NCBI GenBank assembly: GCA_964606505.1
Contig: CAZSGM010000007.1
Span: forward strand, 10,993 to 74,992
DNA: 64,000 nucleotides
Origin: an uncultured Lachnospiraceae bacterium
Lineage (GTDB): Bacteria; Bacillota; Clostridia; Christensenellales; UBA1242
Direction of reading: 5' to 3'
This document shows positions 62,015 to 64,000 of this stretch, in pieces (position 1 is the stretch's first letter; every line of letters starts with the position of its first letter). The notes below the pieces were generated by a model. It did no database searches and was not told where the DNA came from. It saw nothing but the letters and a program-made list of their open reading frames with translations. Made by a program: the position numbers and the translations under genes.

Positions 62015-62734
62015 TTATAGAAAAGATGTGCGCAGTTCTTTGAGCACTTTGTTTTCAATTCGCGAAACTTGGACTTGAGAAACTCCCAGTTCCTCGGCTA
62101 TTTCCATTTGAGTGCGGTCTTTGAAGTAGCGCAGTATGATAATTTTTCGTTCCTTTGGTGGCAAACTATTAATTAAGTCCTTTAGCAACATTTTCTCCAG
62201 CCTTGCATCAGTGCTGTCGCCCTCGTTTGTCAATTTTTCTGCAAGGGTTTGCGAGTCGTCTGAGTCGTTGCTGTCGTATATTGAAACGGGCAGGCGAGTG
62301 GAGTCTAGGGCAAAAACGACGTCTTGGGTGTCAATAGAAAAAGCCTTCGCTATTTCATCGACGGTTGGAGACGTGGAGTGTATGCTGTTGTAGTTTTCAA
62401 CAAATTTTTTAATTTGCGACGCTAAATGTTTGACAGAGCGCGAAACTTTTATATATCCCTCGTCGCGAAGAAAACGTTTGACTTCTCCAAGTATCATTGG
62501 CACGGCATAGGTTGAAAACTTGACGTTGTAACTCACGTCGAATTTGTTTATGGCTTTTGCAAAGCCCACGCACCCGAGTTGGAACAAGTCCTCATATTCA
62601 ATGCCTTTCATTTTGTAGTGTTTGATTACGCACTTGACGAGCGGGGCATTTTCGGTTATGAGGGTGTTTTTTGCGTCTTCATCTCCGTTTTTTGCTAGAG
62701 CTATGAGTCGCAACGTTTCTTCGTGGTCAATCAT
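62015..62734 (-). CDS. sigF: Sporulation sigma factor SigF
   Basis: Sigma-70 regions 2-4 (NAPLVKCVIKHY, YAVPMILGEVKRFLRD, TQMEIAEELGVSQVQVSRIE), located directly after spoIIAB. Confidence 0.85.
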   Translation of the reverse strand: MIDHEETLRLIALAKNGDEDAKNTLITENAPLVKCVIKHYKMKGIEYEDLFQLGCVGFAKAINKFDVSYNVKFSTYAVPMILGEVKRFLRDEGYIKVSRSVKHLASQIKKFVENYNSIHSTSPTVDEIAKAFSIDTQDVVFALDSTRLPVSIYDSNDSDDSQTLAEKLTNEGDSTDARLEKMLLKDLINSLPPKERKIIILRYFKDRTQMEIAEELGVSQVQVSRIENKVLKELRTSFL

Positions 62735-63176
62735 TTGCCACCATTTTGCACTGGTCGGAAATTGTGAGTTTCTTTGTCATTTTAATCGTCAAGCCGTGCG
62801 AATTGTTGTTTTTTACTTCAAGCGTGTCCATAAAACTTTCCATAACCGTGAAGCCCATACCGCTGCGCTCTTCGTTGGGTTTTGTTGTGTAAAATGGCTC
62901 GCGAGCCCGCTCAAGGTTACATATCCCAATACCAAAATCAATAACGCTAATTTCGGCGACATTGTTTTTTAAGCACACGTGAATTTTTATGTCGCCAACT
63001 TTGTCAGGGTAGGCGTGCACGACGCAGTTGGTTACTGCTTCCGAAACCGCTGTTTTTATGTCGATGATGTCCTCAAGTAGGGGGTTAACTTGCGCACAGA
63101 AGGCCGCAACAGTGCTGCGCGCAAACGCCTCATTTTCTGATATTGCTTTTATGTGTAATGTCATTTCGTTTTTCAT
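62727..63176 (-). CDS. spoIIAB: Anti-sigma F factor SpoIIAB (serine kinase)
   Basis: HATPase_c motifs (EAVTNCVVHAY, DFGIGI, SGMGFTVME). The ATG at 63176 has a GAGGAAA SD and the gene overlaps sigF by 8 nt. Confidence 0.85.
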   Translation of the reverse strand: MKNEMTLHIKAISENEAFARSTVAAFCAQVNPLLEDIIDIKTAVSEAVTNCVVHAYPDKVGDIKIHVCLKNNVAEISVIDFGIGICNLERAREPFYTTKPNEERSGMGFTVMESFMDTLEVKNNNSHGLTIKMTKKLTISDQCKMVAND

Positions 63177-63187
63177 AATTTCCTCGC

Positions 63188-63496
63188 TTAACTTATTTTG
63201 GGCATTATTTCGTAAAGTCCCGTCATTTGAAATATTTTTTCTATGTGTTTGTTTGGATTGCAAATGAAGATTGGTACATTGTTTGCTTTCATTTTTTTGT
63301 ATCTTCCTATTAATACACCTATTCCTGTGCTGTCCATAAATTCAAGTTCAGATAGGTCTATAACAACTTGCTGTGCAACTGTCGTTTCTAAAAGGGCGTC
63401 AAGCTCACTTCGCGTGAAACCCGCGCACATTTCGTCAAGTTCGCCAGATAGGCTAATGTACAGAGTGTTGTTGTATAGTCTGTTTTTAATTTGCAT
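63188..63496 (-). CDS. spoIIAA: Anti-sigma F factor antagonist SpoIIAA (STAS domain)
   Basis: LSGELD...L..L.FMDSTGIGVLIGRYK motif containing the phosphorylatable Ser. The ATG at 63496 has a GGAGGA SD. Confidence 0.85.
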   Translation of the reverse strand: MQIKNRLYNNTLYISLSGELDEMCAGFTRSELDALLETTVAQQVVIDLSELEFMDSTGIGVLIGRYKKMKANNVPIFICNPNKHIEKIFQMTGLYEIMPKIS

Positions 63497-63551
63497 TTTG
63501 TCCTCCGAAGTACAGCGTACCATATTCTTGCACGCGGTTACTCGCAGGATT

Positions 63552-63578
63552 TGTCGAATTATTGTAAGTGTTGTCAAA
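63552..63578 (+). promoter_or_regulatory. Candidate Spo0A boxes upstream of spoIIAA
   Basis: TGTCGAA (63552-63558, exact 0A-box core) and TGTCAAA (63572-63578), 20 bp apart and 55-80 bp upstream of the start codon. Confidence 0.4.
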
Positions 63579-63737
63579 ACGAAGGTAGGCCAGAGAATGA
63601 CAGGCATTTAATCGTTGAAAAGGTGGCTTAAGTTCATAAGAAGGTGGCTATAAGACATTTTTTTAGTTAAAAAAGCGGGAAAAAACTTAAATATTTATAA
63701 TTTTTTTAATTTTTTTTGAAAAACTATTGAAAAACAG

Positions 63738-63766
63738 TTGACAAATTTCAAAAAAAACAATATAAT
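63738..63766 (+). promoter_or_regulatory. Consensus sigma-A promoter P1 in the AT-rich region upstream of tRNA-Pro
   Basis: TTGACA (63738-63743), 17-nt spacer, TATAAT (63761-63766), with A/T tracts upstream that look like an UP element. Confidence 0.6.
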
Positions 63767-63888
63767 AAACAAAGTTCAACAATGTTGGGCTAAATTTCCA
63801 TAAAAAACATAATTTTTGGATGAATTCTAAATTTTTTAATAAAAAAACAAAAAACTTTAAAAAAAATAAAAAAAGTTGTTAAAATCCG

Positions 63889-63918
63889 TTGACATTTGTT
63901 AAAAAATTTAGTATATTA
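63889..63918 (+). promoter_or_regulatory. Sigma-A promoter P2 immediately upstream of tRNA-Pro
   Basis: TTGACA (63889-63894), 18-nt spacer, TATATT (63913-63918). The tRNA starts about 20 nt downstream. Confidence 0.55.
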
Positions 63919-63939
63919 TAAAAGTCAGCCAATCGAGAC

Positions 63940-64000
63940 GGGGTGTAGCGCAGTTGGTAGCGCACGTGGTTTGGGACCATGGGGCCGGGAGTTCGAGTCT
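63940..64000 (+). tRNA. tRNA-Pro (anticodon TGG), 3' end cut by window edge
   Basis: CGGGGTG acceptor, D-arm GCGC-AGTTGGT-AGCGC, anticodon stem CGTGG/CCATG with loop TTTGGGA, and the start of the T-arm GGGAGTTCGAGTC. Confidence 0.85.

Noticed and set aside
1-64000. CRISPR arrays, transposases, integrases, prophage blocks, rRNA genes.
   Set aside because: I saw no regularly spaced 25-40-nt direct repeats. No ORF has recognisable DDE, tyrosine or serine recombinase motifs, and there is no rRNA-like sequence. The only repeats are the short palindromic and TA-rich families reported above.

Overview
The window reads as a chromosomal core segment of a low-GC, endospore-forming Firmicute with Clostridia-like gene content; I cannot name the species. 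All calls rest on motif recognition in the supplied translations and on reading the DNA by eye. No searches were run.

Gene content, left to right:
- A 5'-truncated GyrA/ParC C-terminal domain, an FAD protein, an MtaD-like amidohydrolase and hpf.
- ruvX and a DUF1292 protein, then the classic rimP-nusA-ylxR-infB-rbfA-nrnA-truB block.
- spoIIIAA to spoIIIAE, which stops abruptly before AF/AG/AH at a tRNA-Glu.
- pgsA, a lone NMT1/THI5-like lipoprotein binding protein, a TSCPD-like protein, a DUF4364 protein and ylbJ.
- An SLT transglycosylase, an S8 peptidase and an Ig-like repeat membrane protein.
- An amine-dehydrogenase-like protein with an extraordinary Cys/His tail, and an ABC permease/ATPase pair with no adjacent binding protein.
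- pdaB, a tandem-OB SSB-like protein, lgt with a long disordered tail, a DivIVA-domain protein, cvpA and a natAB-like exporter.
- murC, spoVG, rpiB, tmcAL (ylbM) and rplU-prp-rpmA with an L21-type leader.
- tRNA-Tyr, then ctsR-clpC with no mcsA/mcsB between them.
- An 808-aa Asn/Thr-rich secreted protein, spoVAC-AD-AEb, yunB, an RluA-type synthase and cysteine desulfurase plus thiI.
- The spoIIAA-spoIIAB-sigF operon and a partial tRNA-Pro behind tandem consensus promoters.

I saw no transposase, integrase, CRISPR array, rRNA or recognisable defence/BGC cluster.

The observations most worth a second look:
1. The truncated spoIIIA operon with a possible decayed spoIIIAF.
2. A family of near-identical AT-rich palindromic elements at gene 3' ends. 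One pair shows a compensatory stem change, and one copy supplies the C-terminus of tmcAL.
3. The 52-aa CGC-repeat Cys/His tail.
4. The Asn/Thr-rich protein with 27-nt tandem repeats.
5. A gpsA-like gene fragment.
6. 10-nt phased repeats and a (TATAG)5 microsatellite in convergent spacers.
7. A 20-mer shared by two convergent intergenic regions.
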